DNA of 64,000 bases from a virus (lineage: Duplodnaviria; Caudoviricetes), in IMG/VR virus record IMGVR_UViG_3300044719_000048, positions 64,001-128,000 of that record. One strand, given 5' to 3'. The position numbers and the translations under genes were made by a program. Below are positions 63,980 to 64,000 of this stretch, piece after piece. Each line of letters begins with the position of its first letter. The stretch's first letter is position 1. Below the pieces are notes generated by a model. The model was not told the origin of the DNA. It did no database searches and worked only from the letters and a program-made list of their open reading frames with translations.

Positions 63980-64000
63980 TTGTTCACCATGAGGTTGATG

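Overview
64 kb of a large lytic myovirus (tailed dsDNA phage, G+C roughly high-50s % by eye). The gene style suggests a jumbo phage of a proteobacterial, possibly betaproteobacterial, host; this is inference and no search was run. Bases 1-4.3 kb (+ strand) hold the end of a tail-fibre operon. Everything else is on the - strand. 4.3-18.4 kb is a baseplate/tail module with a lambda G/GT-type -1 slippery site in the chaperone gene before the putative tape measure. 19-30 kb holds portal, MmcB, RuvC, terminase, RecA and an SSB with a very long block-charged tail. 31-33.6 kb holds a sigma-70-like factor and DNA-binding regulators, followed by folA/thyA. 41-48 kb is a ten-gene, translationally coupled 7-deazaguanine DNA-modification operon: queD, APS-kinase-like, sulfotransferase-like, phosphoribosyltransferase, queC, dpdA, orphan, queE, folE, HAD phosphatase. 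Then come spanins, primase, a family A DNA polymerase, and an accessory region of small genes with Tad2-like and Gp49-family anti-defence candidates. The top candidate for an undescribed system is the PAPS-generating kinase plus sulfotransferase embedded in the deazaguanine operon, which suggests a sulfated hypermodified base. Also notable are two strand-specific promoter-like octamers (AGTAAATA, AATTTCAT), a candidate structured RNA at 18.5 kb and a bistable leader before queD. No tRNA, rRNA, CRISPR array, integrase, intron or intein was recognised. All family assignments come from motif recognition by eye.
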